From an uncultured delta proteobacterium (GTDB taxonomy: Bacteria > Desulfobacterota > Binatia > Binatales > Binataceae): 64,000 nt of DNA. Both the position numbers and the translations under genes were made by a program. The stretch is from contig CAVQEQ010000001.1 in assembly GCA_963711565.1 (NCBI GenBank), positions 800,001 to 864,000 of the forward strand. The letters are read 5' to 3'. Of the stretch, positions 23,291 to 34,833 are shown piece by piece; within the stretch, counting starts at the first letter, position 1; every line of letters begins with the position of its first letter. Under the pieces are notes generated by a model. That model was not told the origin of the DNA, did no database searches, and worked only from the letters and a program-made list of their open reading frames with translations.

Positions 23291-24742
23291 CGAGATTGCC
23301 GTTGGCATCGTAGGTCTGCGGCGTTCCGTTGAACGAGGTCATCTCATTGGCCGCGTTGAAGGTATTACCGCTAACCGGCTGCGGCAGCCCGGTCTGCGCG
23401 AAGCTGCCGGTCTTCTCAATCACCCGGCTGTCCGCGTCGTATGCGTACTCGAGATCGCCCACCGGATTGCTTGCCAGCGTCCAAGTCATCGCCGTCACCC
23501 GCGAATCGTTGTCGTAAGTATATGTCAGCACTATGCCGTTGGGCAAAGTCAACGAGGTTCTGCGGTCCGCGCTGTCATAGCCGAACGGGATCGACATGCT
23601 CCCCTGCGTAATCCCGATCAGTCGATTGGCATTGTCCCATCCGTAAGATACCGTCGGCTGCCCCACCACCGTCATCGTCTGACGCCGGCGGGCGTTGTCG
23701 TAGAAATAGCCAACTTCGCCCTGCGCGGTCTGCTCGTCCGTCAGGTCGTCCAAGCCGTCATACTGCCGGACGGTTGTCCCCGCAATCGAGTCGACGATCT
23801 GTGTGATGCGGTCTCCGGGATCGAATGTGTAGCTGCTCGTGCTTTCGTAGCTGCCGCTGGCGTACCCGAAGCCGGCGAATTTGCGCCGGTTGATCCCGTC
23901 GTACTGATAGACGGTGGTCTGGCCGCGGCGGTCGGTGTGGCCGGTCAGGTTGCCGTTGCCGTCGTAGCCGTAGGTCTCGGTCGCCAGCAGCGGGTCGGTC
24001 CGGGAAGCCTTGCGATTCATCGGGTCGTAGGTATAACTGGTCACCCCGCCGTTCGCGTCGGTCACGGTCGTCAGATTGCTGTTTTCGTCGTAGCCGAACT
24101 TCGTCAGGTGGCCGTCCGTGTCCATGCTCTGGGTCAGATCGTCCAGCGGCGAGTAGGAAAGGTTGGTGGTGCTGCCCAACGGATCCTCGGTCCAAATCGT
24201 ACGGCCCGCCGCGTCCGAGAAAAAATAGCTGGTGTTGCCGAGCGGGTCGGCGATCGAGGTCAGATCACCGTTGGTATAGGCGAAGTGTGTGGTGTCGCCG
24301 AGTGCGTCGGCGTATGAGATCAAATTGCCCTCGGTATCGTGATTTTCCGTGGTCTGATGCCCGAGCGGGTCGGTAATGGTCTGGACGTTGCCGTTGCCGT
24401 CGAGGCTGAAGGTCCAGGTGTGGCCAAGCGGGTCGGTCACGCTGGTAATCTGGCTGAAGTTGGGGTCGTACTGGTATGAGGTGGTAGCCGGGCTGGAGGT
24501 CCCCGCGAGCTGGGTCTCACTTAGAGTGTTTCCCAGAGAATCGTAGGTGTATGCCGTTGTTCGACCTAGCGCATCAGTCTTGGACTGAACGAGATTGGTG
24601 TTCGGGTCCCGTGTGTAGGTCGTAGTCTGCTGCTCCGGATCACCTTGCGCCAGCACATCCTTGGTAAGGAAGCCGTTGGAATTGAACTCCATGTGGCGGA
24701 TGTAGCCATTTGGATCGGTATATTCGGTCACGTCCGTTGATG
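22407..24742 (-). pseudogene. Longest Rhs/YD fragment, 5'-truncated at the att-like repeat
   Basis: Many YD/TDPLG repeats; Rhs-like sequence begins abruptly next to 24743; same tip as 17687. Confidence 0.9.
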
Positions 24743-24791
24743 GATTCTCCGCGATGTCCGAAATCGCGGAGACTGGAGTGTGGAGCAGAAG
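24743..24791. repeat. att-like 49-bp repeat including the tRNA-Ala 3' fragment
   Basis: 41/49 identical (hand count) to 35408-35456; last 13 bp identical (TGTGGAGCAGAAG); contains the perfect inverted repeat TCTCCGCGAT-N7-ATCGCGGAGA. Confidence 0.88.
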
Positions 24792-26059
24792 CATCATTTG
24801 CGTACGATGCCACCGGTCGGCGTACCCAAGCGGTATTGCCCAATGGAGTTGCTCTGACCTATGGTTACGACGTGGGACCCCGGATCAATGAGCTGACCTG
24901 GTCGGGTCCACTGGGTCAGATCGGCAATCTCGGCTATGTATATGACGCGGACGGCCGCGTGATTCAGAAGACCGGTAGCTTCGCGCAGGTCGTGCTACCT
25001 CAGACCATCAACGGAAACAGTTTCAACGCCGCGAATCAGATGGTGGCATTCAATGGGACACCTCTAACCTACGATGCCAACGGCAATTTGACCAACGACG
25101 GTACTAACACCTACTCTTGGGACGAGCGTAGTCGACTGGTAGGGATTAACGGTTCAACGGGTGGGCCAACAAGCTTCACGTATGACCCATTTGGACGGCG
25201 CGCCAGCAAGACTGTCGGCGGTGCGACCACCCAGTTTCAATACGACGGTACTCGAGTAGTTCAGGAAATTCAGCCCGGGGCTGGCAATGTCTTGACGGAT
25301 ATGGGGTTCAGCCGCACGGACTTGGCCGGCAATATGACCTTCCTGGGCGACCTCCTCGGAAGCGTAATCGCGCTGGCCAGCGATGCCGGCGCTGTCGCTA
25401 CGCAGTATTCATATGAACCATTCGGAGCATCGGTTGCCAGCGGCGCGACCAGTACCAATCCGTACCAGTTTGCTTTTCACCAGAACGACGGCACCGGCTT
25501 GTACTACTACTCAGCGCGTTACTACAGTCCAACACTTGCGCGTTTCATTAGCGAAGATCCATCTGGCACACGCGGCGGCATCAATCTGTATGAGTATGCG
25601 GCCGATCAGCCGGTGACATTTGAAGATTCAACAGGCTTGAATCCGGATGATGGAAATGGGTCATGCAGACCCTGTACAATCTACCTAAGGTCTCACCCGG
25701 CCTTCTGGGGATTGGTTGATCAGCGCCACTATTTCTGGGAAACACTCGACAGCGGCGACCAACCTGGAAACAGACAGTTTGATTCGGGCGAAGATGAAGA
25801 TGGCTATCTGAATCATACTACCGCAAAGACAGATGATAACGAGTCAGATCCTCCGGCCTATCCCCCGATAGGACCCTCGACGGAGGTCTGCCGCAGAGTA
25901 GCTGATGTACGGAGTGCTGGGGCGGCGTGGCCAAATTGGATTTTTGGTTATTGGTGGACTGGGCCGAATAGCAATACCGTTGCCGGCTACATAAACAATT
26001 TTTCCGGAGTCGGCTTCAATCAGCCACCAGACTCTTTGGGTTGGCGCTGGAGTCCGTGA
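24792..26059 (+). pseudogene. Headless Rhs core plus GPNSNT tip, variant 1
   Basis: YD repeats; ARYYSP; PVTFEDSTGL; HYFW; YWWTGPNSNT. Confidence 0.88.
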
Positions 26060-27087
26060 GCGCTCTTTGTGGCATGAAGAGTGTGGGATCGATGGTGGTG
26101 GCTATGGTTGTACTAGCGCCGATGGTATCAATGCGGGCTCAAGCGGCTGCGAACCCCGGGAACGATTCGCGCGCTGTCGCCGCAATGTTGAGCCAGTACG
26201 AAACCGTATTCTACACGAATACGGATCTATCCTCGAAATTTAGTTCCTTCAAGGGACTTTCCAGGCAGGTCGCCGGAGCATTGAGCGTCCCCTTCGGAGA
26301 TTTGATCTATTGACTCGATTTGTTGGGCCCATACGCCTCGGCTGATTTGCTTGCAAAGAGCGAAGCCGTTCTCATGGGTGGCAAAGGCTTTGTCCCGTCC
26401 GAGGGCGAGGGGGCGGCGCAAGTGTCGCGTTTCTGTTACATAGTTACCTTCGGAGTAGAGGGCCAGCCGGATTTTCAAAAATACGCCGCGAAAGCACATA
26501 AGACATCGATGGCGGGAGGAACGGTGTGGAGTTGGCAGGTACACTCGCCGGACCCTCGTGGGCAGACCGTCACTTACTATGCAGCTCAGATTCGCGATTC
26601 CTATCTAGTGGTTTCGAATGACCTCGGTGAACTTCAAGCGATCACGAGAAAATTGACCTCTTCGGGTGACTTTTCTACGACGCTCAGCGGTATTCGCGAC
26701 TGGATAATCCTGGGTCAGCATGAATATTGGGGATATCGGCGCGTGCGACATGACGGGGTTGTCGAAAAGGACGCGTCCAGGCTGGAGTCTACGTTGCCCG
26801 GCGCTGAGACCATCATCATGTTCGCCGACATCAAAAGGAAGATCGCGATAGTCCGGGTGCTCGGTGTTCACGCAAACAAAGTTGTCGAGATGACGAAACA
26901 AAGGGACGAACAACAGCGGGACGCGCTGAAACGTTTGGGCCTGCGGCAGTCATTCGCTGCGCCGCAAGAATTCAAAGCAACCGACCCCAGGACTCTGGAA
27001 AAGATGTTCAGCCTCTCCGGCGGCGAGCAGAGCGAAGGCGAGATAGTCACTTCAATGGGGCTGTTCGGCTTCGAGATGATCATTTGA
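26056..27087 (+). pseudogene. Secreted protein X with an in-frame TGA at 26311
   Basis: Signal peptide (..RAQA). ORFs 26041 and 26320 are in one frame and colinear with paralog 32515, which has Gly (GGG) at the stop position. Confidence 0.8.
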
Positions 27088-28136
27088 AAGCCATCGTCCA
27101 AATGACCGTCCGAAGATGTGTGGCTATGACCGCTGCATTAGTAAGCGCATTCGGCGTCGCGATCGCGGCTGATTCGAGCTCGACTCCGTCCGCTGCAATT
27201 TTCGTTGCTAACATTCACGGCTACGTGACTGTGTATCCACTTGGCAGCAACGGCGACGCAGCTCCTATCTCTACCATAGAAGGCGCTGCCACTCAGTTGG
27301 GCAGTCCCGAAGAGATCACGCTTGATTCAAAAGGCAATATCTATGTGACCAGCGAGGTGTGGAACGCAGGCGCCTACGCGGGCGACAGCGTAGTCGTGTT
27401 TTCCGCCGGCAGCAAAGGTAACGCCAGTCCGATCGCAACTATCGGCGGTCCCCACACGAGAATGCGTGGCGTACATTCGATAGCTGTGGATTCAATGGGT
27501 AGTATCTATGTGGGGGCGATTGAACCGGCCCCCGCCGGCGTGCGTATCTTTGCTGCCGGGAGCAATGGCGACGTAAAACCGCGCGCTGACATCGGCGGCT
27601 CCAAAACCGAATTGCAAGGCGCCAGCGGGATCGCGGTAGATCCGAAAGGTACACTCATAGTTGCGAACTTATCTGGGTTGCCCACGGGTAGTGGCGTCCT
27701 CGTCTTTCCGGCTGGCGCCGACGGTGACTTGAGACCCAGCGCGACCATCAGCGGAGCTAAGGCGGGTATCGACTGGCCAGCTGGCATTGCCCTGGATCCG
27801 CTTGGCAACATTTATCTTGCGGATGCAGGTCGCCACGGTTCACCCGCCAGCATCAGAGTCTACTCAGCCGGCAGTAACGGTGATGTGCTCCCCACGGTCA
27901 CGATAAGCGGCTCCAACACGGGTCTCAATGGACGCACCGTGCGGGGCATCGCATTGGACTCCGCAAATAACATGTACGTCACGAGCGATGGCCATGACTC
28001 CACAGAGAGCAGCATCACGGTTTTCAAGGCCGGCAGCAATGGCAACGTCAAGCCCATGGCCGTGATCAGTGGAGATAACACGGGATTGTCAGCAGCCGTA
28101 GGAATCGCAATCGGGCCATACCGCGGCACTCATTGA
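27084..28136 (+). CDS. Secreted NHL-repeat beta-propeller protein
   Basis: Signal peptide; ~6 repeats of IAVDSxGNIYV...VFxAGSNGDVxPxAxIxG. Confidence 0.85.
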   Translation: MKAIVQMTVRRCVAMTAALVSAFGVAIAADSSSTPSAAIFVANIHGYVTVYPLGSNGDAAPISTIEGAATQLGSPEEITLDSKGNIYVTSEVWNAGAYAGDSVVVFSAGSKGNASPIATIGGPHTRMRGVHSIAVDSMGSIYVGAIEPAPAGVRIFAAGSNGDVKPRADIGGSKTELQGASGIAVDPKGTLIVANLSGLPTGSGVLVFPAGADGDLRPSATISGAKAGIDWPAGIALDPLGNIYLADAGRHGSPASIRVYSAGSNGDVLPTVTISGSNTGLNGRTVRGIALDSANNMYVTSDGHDSTESSITVFKAGSNGNVKPMAVISGDNTGLSAAVGIAIGPYRGTH

Positions 28137-28170
28137 TCGAGCCAAATTCGGCCTGAGGCAGGGCGCTTTC

Positions 28171-29092
28171 CTTCACGTATGACCCATTTGGACGGCGCGC
28201 CAGCAAGACTGTCGGCGGTGCGACCACCCAGTTTCAGTATGATGGCAATCGAGTCGTTCAGGAAATTCAGCCTGGGACCGGCAATGTGCTGACGGATATG
28301 GGTTTCAGTCGAACGGACTTATCCGGGAACATGACGTTCCTGGGCGACCTCCTTGGGAGCACAGTCGCACTCGCCAACGACGCTGGTGCAGTCGCTACGC
28401 AGTATTCGTATCAGCCCTTTGGGGCCGCAGTGGCTAGCGGTGCGGCCAGTTCGAATCCATATCAATTTGCTTTTCACCAGAACGATGGAACTGGCTTGTA
28501 CTACTACTCGGCACGCTACTATAGCCCGACACTCGGACGTTTTATCAGCGAAGATCCTTCTGGAACACGAGGCGGCATCAATCTGTATGAGTATGCAGGC
28601 GACCAGCCAGTGACCTTTGAAGATGAAGCAGGCTTGAGTCCGAGCGACGGGAGTGGGTCATGCAGACCCTGTACGATTCAACTAATGTATCACCAGGTCT
28701 GGTTTGTGCCAAAGTTTGCTGCCGAAAAGAATCACTTCTTCTGGGCAACTTGGAAGGAGGGAGGCACCGGCCTACGAACTAATTCTGGAGAATCGTTGCC
28801 TGACCCTTATCTTGACGAAAGACAAGACGTTGATACGGACAATCCATATCTTCCTGACCAGCGGCTATTCGAAAATGAAACTTCAACAGAAATATGCGAC
28901 CAGGTGGATCGTCTGAGAAACGCAGCAGACACTTGGGGAAATAAGGTAACCAGATATAATGTTTTGGGGCCGAACAGCAACACAGTCGCCAGCTATATTT
29001 ACCAGAAATCCGGTATCGGGTCGCGTCAGTCTTTCAGTCTTCAACCTAATGACCTCCTAGCGCCTGGATGGAGCCTAGGAACTGCTTACTAG
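28171..29092 (+). pseudogene. Short Rhs core plus GPNSNT tip, variant 2
   Basis: Begins at FTYDPFGRR; PVTFEDEAGL; HFFW; YNVLGPNSNT. Confidence 0.88.
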
Positions 29093-29281
29093 GTGCTTAT
29101 TTCTGAAATCCCAAGATAGGACTCTGAATAGTCAGGTGAGGTTACTGTACTCTGCGGCCTTAGGGGCGTTGCGCAGATCTGCAGTGCTCAAAAGAGGGAC
29201 CTATCGTTATTCTTTATCCGAAGCGACAGAAAACAAACCTGATCTCATAGAATATCTTTTTCGAGGCTTCGAGATGATCGT

Positions 29282-30379
29282 ATGAATGTGCAAAGGTTTC
29301 TGAGGCTTGCCGGGAGCGTGATGGTTACGGTTTTCCTGCTGAACGTTAGCGGATGTGCTCTGGCGGCCGAGTCGGCCTCGACGCCGCTGGATGAAGCAGT
29401 TTTTGTTACAAATCTGGGCGGCAACTACATAACTATTTATGACTTGAAAAACAACGGCGACACGGCGCCACTCGCTAACATCGACGGAACCACCGTTAGT
29501 CGGGTGTTTGACTCAGTGATTCGAGGTGGCAGCGGGTTGGATGATCCATTGGGCGTAGCTTTGGATCTAGCCGGGAACATCTATGTCGGAAACGATTCGG
29601 GCGGAGCCAATTACACTGGAGCTATCGATGTTTTCCAAGCTGGTGCTCACGGCAGGGCAACGCCGATCGCCAAAATCGATGGTCCAGATACCGGGCTTTA
29701 CACCGTCAAGTCGATCGCGGTTGACTCGAAGGGAAACATCTATGCGACAAGACAGGCGTATCTCTATGATCGTTCTGCGCCGGGCGTCAACGTCTATCCG
29801 GCTGGCAGCACTGGCAACGTCAAGCCAATTGCAGTCATCAGCGGACCGAACACCGGTATCGATAACCTTGAGGGCATAGCAGTCGATTCCAAAGGAAGCA
29901 TATACGTCACAAACAATGCAGGTTCTGGAAGCATACTTGTGTTCCCAGCCGGCAGTAGCGGCGACGTGAGACCAACCGCTGTCATCGGACCCTCGAAAAC
30001 GAACTCGGTTGGCGCTCTCGCGTTGGATTCGAGGGCGAACGTCTACGTTGTGAGGCTCAGCGGTAGCGAGCGGTCTCGCCGCGAAACCATTGAGATATAT
30101 AGAGCAGGGAGCAGCCGCGTTGATCCGCCTATCGCGACCATTAGTGGCCCGAAAACTGGGCTTGCCGATCCGAATTACACGATTCGTGGAATCGCAATTG
30201 ATTCAATCGGAAATATCTACGTGGCAGTTGAGGACGAAGGCCTTGCACCAGGAAGCAAGCTGATTGTTTACGCATCAGGAAGCGACGGCGACGTTTCGCC
30301 CAAGGCCATTATTGAAGGTCCGCATACGAGACTCAACGGAGCGCATGGCTTGGCTATCGGTCGGTTCAAGTACCCATGA
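29282..30379 (+). CDS. Secreted NHL-repeat beta-propeller protein, paralog 2
   Basis: Signal peptide; same repeat as 27084. Confidence 0.85.
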   Translation: MNVQRFLRLAGSVMVTVFLLNVSGCALAAESASTPLDEAVFVTNLGGNYITIYDLKNNGDTAPLANIDGTTVSRVFDSVIRGGSGLDDPLGVALDLAGNIYVGNDSGGANYTGAIDVFQAGAHGRATPIAKIDGPDTGLYTVKSIAVDSKGNIYATRQAYLYDRSAPGVNVYPAGSTGNVKPIAVISGPNTGIDNLEGIAVDSKGSIYVTNNAGSGSILVFPAGSSGDVRPTAVIGPSKTNSVGALALDSRANVYVVRLSGSERSRRETIEIYRAGSSRVDPPIATISGPKTGLADPNYTIRGIAIDSIGNIYVAVEDEGLAPGSKLIVYASGSDGDVSPKAIIEGPHTRLNGAHGLAIGRFKYP

Positions 30380-30469
30380 TTACTGCTGATTGCGTTCACT
30401 ACTCCGTCGCCTTGTTTCGTGCCCGCGTTGCCATGAAGCGAACAGGAACGGTTTGGTAGTCACGGATCG

Positions 30470-31956
30470 ATGGAGTCGATCGTTTGACCCAAATTGTCGA
30501 TTCTCTATACGGTACGATTACTCGCACCTACTACTGTATGGATGATTTGATCGGCGAACAAACGCCGCTGGGCGAGATCAGCTACAACTACGACGCCGCT
30601 CATCGGCTGTTGTCAACGATGGTGGATGGTCAGACGCCCATCACATACAGCTATGATGGAATCGATCATCTGACCGGTATGACACAGGGCAGCAGCTCGG
30701 CATACGATGCCACCGGTCGGCGTACTCAAGCCGTACTGCCCAACGGAGTCGCGCTGGCCTATGGTTACGATGTGGGCCAGCGGGTCAACCAGCTGACCTG
30801 GTCGGGTCCACAAGGTTCGATCGGCAATCTCGGCTACGTGTACGACGCTGACGGCCGCGTGATTCAGAAGACTGGTAGCTTCGCGCAGGTCGTGCTGCCT
30901 CAGACCATCAGCGGAAACAGTTTCAACGCCGCGAATCAGATGGTGGCATTCAATGGGACGGCTCTCACCTACGATGCCAATGGCAACCTGACCAACGATG
31001 GTACCAACACCTACGCCTGGGACGAGCGTAATCGCCTGGTCGGGATGAGCGGTTCACCCAGTGGGCCGGCAAGCTTCGCATACGACCCATTCGGACGGCG
31101 CGCCAGCAAGACCGTCGGCGGGACGACAACGCAATTCCAATATGATGGCAATCGAGTGGTGCAGGAAATTCAGCCTGGGGCTGGCAATGTGCTGACAGAT
31201 ATGGGGTTCAGCCGTACGGACTTGAGCGGAAACATGACGTTCCTGGGCGACCTCCTCGGAAGCGTAATTGCGCTGGCCAGCGACGCGGGAGCTGTCGATA
31301 CGCAATATTCCTACGAGCCATTCGGAGCATCGCTCGCCAGCGGCGCGGCCAGTTCGAATCCATATCAATTCGCGTTTCACCAGAACGATGGAACCGGATT
31401 GTACTACTACTCGGCACGCTATTACAGTCCCACGCTCGGCCGATTCATTAGCGAAGACCCGTCCGGGACCAGCGGCGGGCTCAATCTTTATGAGTACGCC
31501 GGCGACCAGCCGGTGACGTTCGAAGATTCGACAGGCTTAAGCCCGAGCGACGGCAACGGGTCGTGCCGGCCTTGCGCGATTAACCTGTGGTACCACACGG
31601 CATTCTATGTCTCCCCCTACGTTCACACATTCTGGCAAAGCATCAAAGACGGAGAACCCCGATATGACTCCGGCACTTGGGCGTTTCCCTTTCTCAATCA
31701 CACTACACACAAGGAAGATGACAATGATATGCCCCCTAACCAGATCGCATGGGGAACCGGATTTTCAACAGATGTTTGTGACAAGGTAGATCTTCTCAGA
31801 CAAGTGGCGGATTCCTGGCCGAACGACACCATCTTCTACGACCTCATGGGGCCAAATAGCAACACGGTTGCGAGTTGGATAAACACGGAAGCTGCTCTGG
31901 GTGCGAACCCACCAACGAACGCTCTAGGCTGGGAGTGGGGAACCGATGCTGAATAA
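30470..31956 (+). pseudogene. Headless Rhs core plus GPNSNT tip, variant 3
   Basis: PVTFEDSTGL; HTFW; YDLMGPNSNT. Confidence 0.88.
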
Positions 31957-32004
31957 GTCATCGTTGGATGAAAAACATCGGTCGCACAATCCGAAGGAAA
32001 GCTT

Positions 32005-32343
32005 ATGACCGCACAGTATAGGTCAGCGACAGGAGAAATATTGTATTGGTTCGGAATTTTCGTCGCTCTGGGTATAATCTCTTTCGTCCTCGGATGTGGA
32101 GTTGGGATAGGGTTCGAAGACGCCGGACTTTCTCGCAATCGTTTGGCTCAGTTTCTGGTTTTTGGTCTGATGTGGCCCCCTTACCTACTGATGCGCGCTC
32201 TCGGCTGGTTCAGCTACTCTGGTGCCTCAACAGTTCCCAATTCCAATTTGTTCGGACTCCTCTTTAGTCAACTTCTGGGCTGGGGTTTTCTCGGAATTCC
32301 AGTCGGACTCTGGAGAGCGACGCGGCGGTCTCTCATCCGTTGA
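32005..32343 (+). CDS. Small ~3-TM putative immunity protein
   Basis: Hydrophobic helices; directly after tip 3. Confidence 0.65.
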   Translation: MTAQYRSATGEILYWFGIFVALGIISFVLGCGVGIGFEDAGLSRNRLAQFLVFGLMWPPYLLMRALGWFSYSGASTVPNSNLFGLLFSQLLGWGFLGIPVGLWRATRRSLIR

Positions 32344-32514
32344 ATAGGAGGAGTTCTGTCAACAGGTAAACGCGCTATGGAAAGCGGCGGACATCTGGCT
32401 TGGTCGGACAGAAACATAGAGGGTCTGGCTTGGGTTCAATAGAAAAATGGTGCACTCTTTACAAGTGCTTTTCTGCCTTTAGCAGGCGAAATTTGAGGAC
32501 GCTGCGGGCGTAAC

Positions 32515-33260
32515 ATGGAGATTCTGAGCGGCGTCGCATGTACGGCGATGGCTATGTTTCTGGCGACGGTGATCGTGTCAAGGCCGGCTCAGGCGGCTGC
32601 GGGCCCCGGGGGCGACTCGCGCGCCGTCGCAGCAATGTTCCGCCAGTACGAAACCGTTTTCTATACAAACACGGATATCTCTTCGAACTTCAGCTCTTTC
32701 AAAGGATTGTCCAGGCAGACCGCCGGAGCGTTGAGCGTCCCCTTCGGAGATTTGATTTACGGGCTCGATTTGTTGGACCCCTGCGCCTCGGCCAATATGC
32801 TTGCGAAGAGCGAAGCCGCTCTGATGGGAAGCAAGGGCTGTATCCCGCCCGAGGGCGAGGGTGCGGCGCAAGTGTCAAGCTTCTGTTACATCGTTAACTT
32901 CGGGACAAGGAGACGATCAGATTTTGGGAAATTTGCCGCGAAGGCGCGTGAGACCTCAAAGCAAGGAGAACCGGTATGGAGTTGGCAGGTACACTCGCCG
33001 GAGCCTCCAATGCGAACTATCACTTACTATGCGGCTCAGATCGGCGATTCGTATCTACTGGTTTCCAATGACCTCGGTGAACTGCAAGCAATAATGAAAA
33101 GATTAACCTCTTCGGATGACGCTTCCATGACTCTGAGCGGAATTCGCGATTGGACAATCTTGAGTCAGCATAAATATTGGGGCTATAGGTGCATGCGGCA
33201 CGACGGAGTGGTCGAAAAGGACGCGGCTAGGCTGGAGTTCACGATGCCTGGCGCTGAGAC
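32515..33260 (+). pseudogene. Secreted protein X paralog, 3'-truncated
   Basis: Colinear with 26056-26810 up to PGAET, then unrelated sequence. Confidence 0.8.
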
Positions 33261-33389
33261 TAGCGGATCGAGCCCGCAGCCACACGGTCCGAGCAGGGTA
33301 TATCGGATGATCCCGCAAGTTCGCGGCGGACAACGTGTTCGCCAAGAACGAAATCAGCGCAACGCTCGAACCATTCCTGCCGCGTCCAT

Positions 33390-34333
33390 TGATGGTTGGG
33401 ATGAGCGGCTCGCCCATCGGGCCGGCCACCTTCACGTATGACCCCTTCGGACGGCGCGCGAGCAAGACCATTGCAGGCGCGACTACTCAATTTCAATACG
33501 ACGGCCGTCGAGTCGTTCAGGAAATTCAGCCTGGGGCTGGCAATGTGCTGACGAATATGGGTCTCAGCCGCACGGACTCGACCGGTAACATGACCTTCCT
33601 GGGCGATATCCTTGGAAGCACGCTGGCACTCGCTAACGATGCCGGCGCGGTCGCTACGCAGTATTCGTATGAGCCTTTCGGAGCATCGACGGCCAGCGGT
33701 GCGGCCAGTTCGAATCCATATCAATTTGCTTTTCACCAGAACGATGGAACCGGCCTGTACTACTACTCGGCACGTTACTATAGCGCATCATTGGCGCGTT
33801 TCATTAGTCAAGATCCATCTGGAGTACGCGGCGGGATCAATCTGTACGAGTATGCTGGCGACCAGCCGGTCAACTTCGAAGACGCTACAGGCTTGAGTCC
33901 GAGCGATGGAAGCGGCTCGTGCCGGCCGTGCGAAGCCTGGTTGCGGGAAAGGCACGTGAACCAGTGGGTAGGGTGGCTGGGAATCGCGCATACGTTCTGG
34001 GAAACAAGGGATAGCCGGGGCAGCAAGGTCTTCAGTTCGGGGTTCCCCGAGGGCAGCCCGCAAGAGCTAGACATGCTGCATCATGTCCCCGGCGACGACG
34101 AAGCGACTCCCATCGCTTTCGACAGTGGCTTGGACATTGAAAACTGCCCGAAGGTTGACAATCTATTGGGCGCTGCCGACGCGTGGCCCAACGGCACGGT
34201 TCCCTATGTTTACACCGGGCCGAATAGCAACACCTTCGCTCATTATCTCGCTTACAAGGGCGGCTTCCCCGCATACCCGACGTTTGGCTATTTCGCGGTC
34301 GGTTGGGACTACCCACTGATGGAGCTACCGTGA
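33390..34333 (+). pseudogene. Short Rhs core plus GPNSNT tip, variant 4
   Basis: PVNFEDATGL; HTFW; YVYTGPNSNTFA. Confidence 0.88.
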
Positions 34334-34689
34334 ATTCGGTGTCCGGCACGCAGGCGGAGCTTCCGCACCGAGCGAGGTTTTCACTACTCCTTTTCACCTC
34401 GCTCGCTGTGGCTGTTGGCGGTTTCTTCTGCATCCTGATCCTTCATCCCGACCGACCGCTAGCGCTATCCCTTATGCTCGGGAGCAGAGGGGCGGTCGCC
34501 GCCAACTTCGCCTACGCCTACAGCCCGGCACTGACGTGGGCCGGCTTGACGAGATTGGCCTATCGCCGCTACGGGAAAAGGTGGCGGTGGTTCCTGCTCG
34601 GGGCGCCATTTGCACTCTTCTGGGCGATCTGGTGGACACTCTTCATCGGCATTTGCTCGCTCGTCCCCACTAGCTGCGCGGGCATATAG
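34330..34689 (+). CDS. Small ~3-TM putative immunity protein
   Basis: GTGA overlap with the tip 4 stop; RRYGKRWRWFLLGAPFALFW. Confidence 0.65.
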   Translation: MNSVSGTQAELPHRARFSLLLFTSLAVAVGGFFCILILHPDRPLALSLMLGSRGAVAANFAYAYSPALTWAGLTRLAYRRYGKRWRWFLLGAPFALFWAIWWTLFIGICSLVPTSCAGI

Positions 34690-34749
34690 TTGCCGATACC
34701 GGGAAGACTGAGTAATTCGATTTGAACCAGTTCCTGCCTTTGCGCGTGT

Positions 34750-34833
34750 GCGAGTCCCAGCACCACTTTTGGTCGAACTGGGCACCGCGATGATGGTCGT
34801 ATCGACGATGGTCCCGGAGCGCAGCAACGACCG
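34750..34833 (-). mobile_element. IS5-family transposase remnant
   Basis: Translates RSLLRSGTIVDTTIIAVPSSTKSGAGTR, resembling the IS5 motif GTIVDATIIAAPSSTKN. Confidence 0.65.

Noticed and set aside
24710-24797. Listed start codons of Rhs ORFs 24710(+) and 24797(-)
   Set aside because: Their N-termini are translations of the att repeat or the opposite-strand gene, not real starts
26311-26313. TGA read as Gly or Sec (recoding)
   Set aside because: TGA terminates many normal genes in this window; a GGA->TGA nonsense change is simpler
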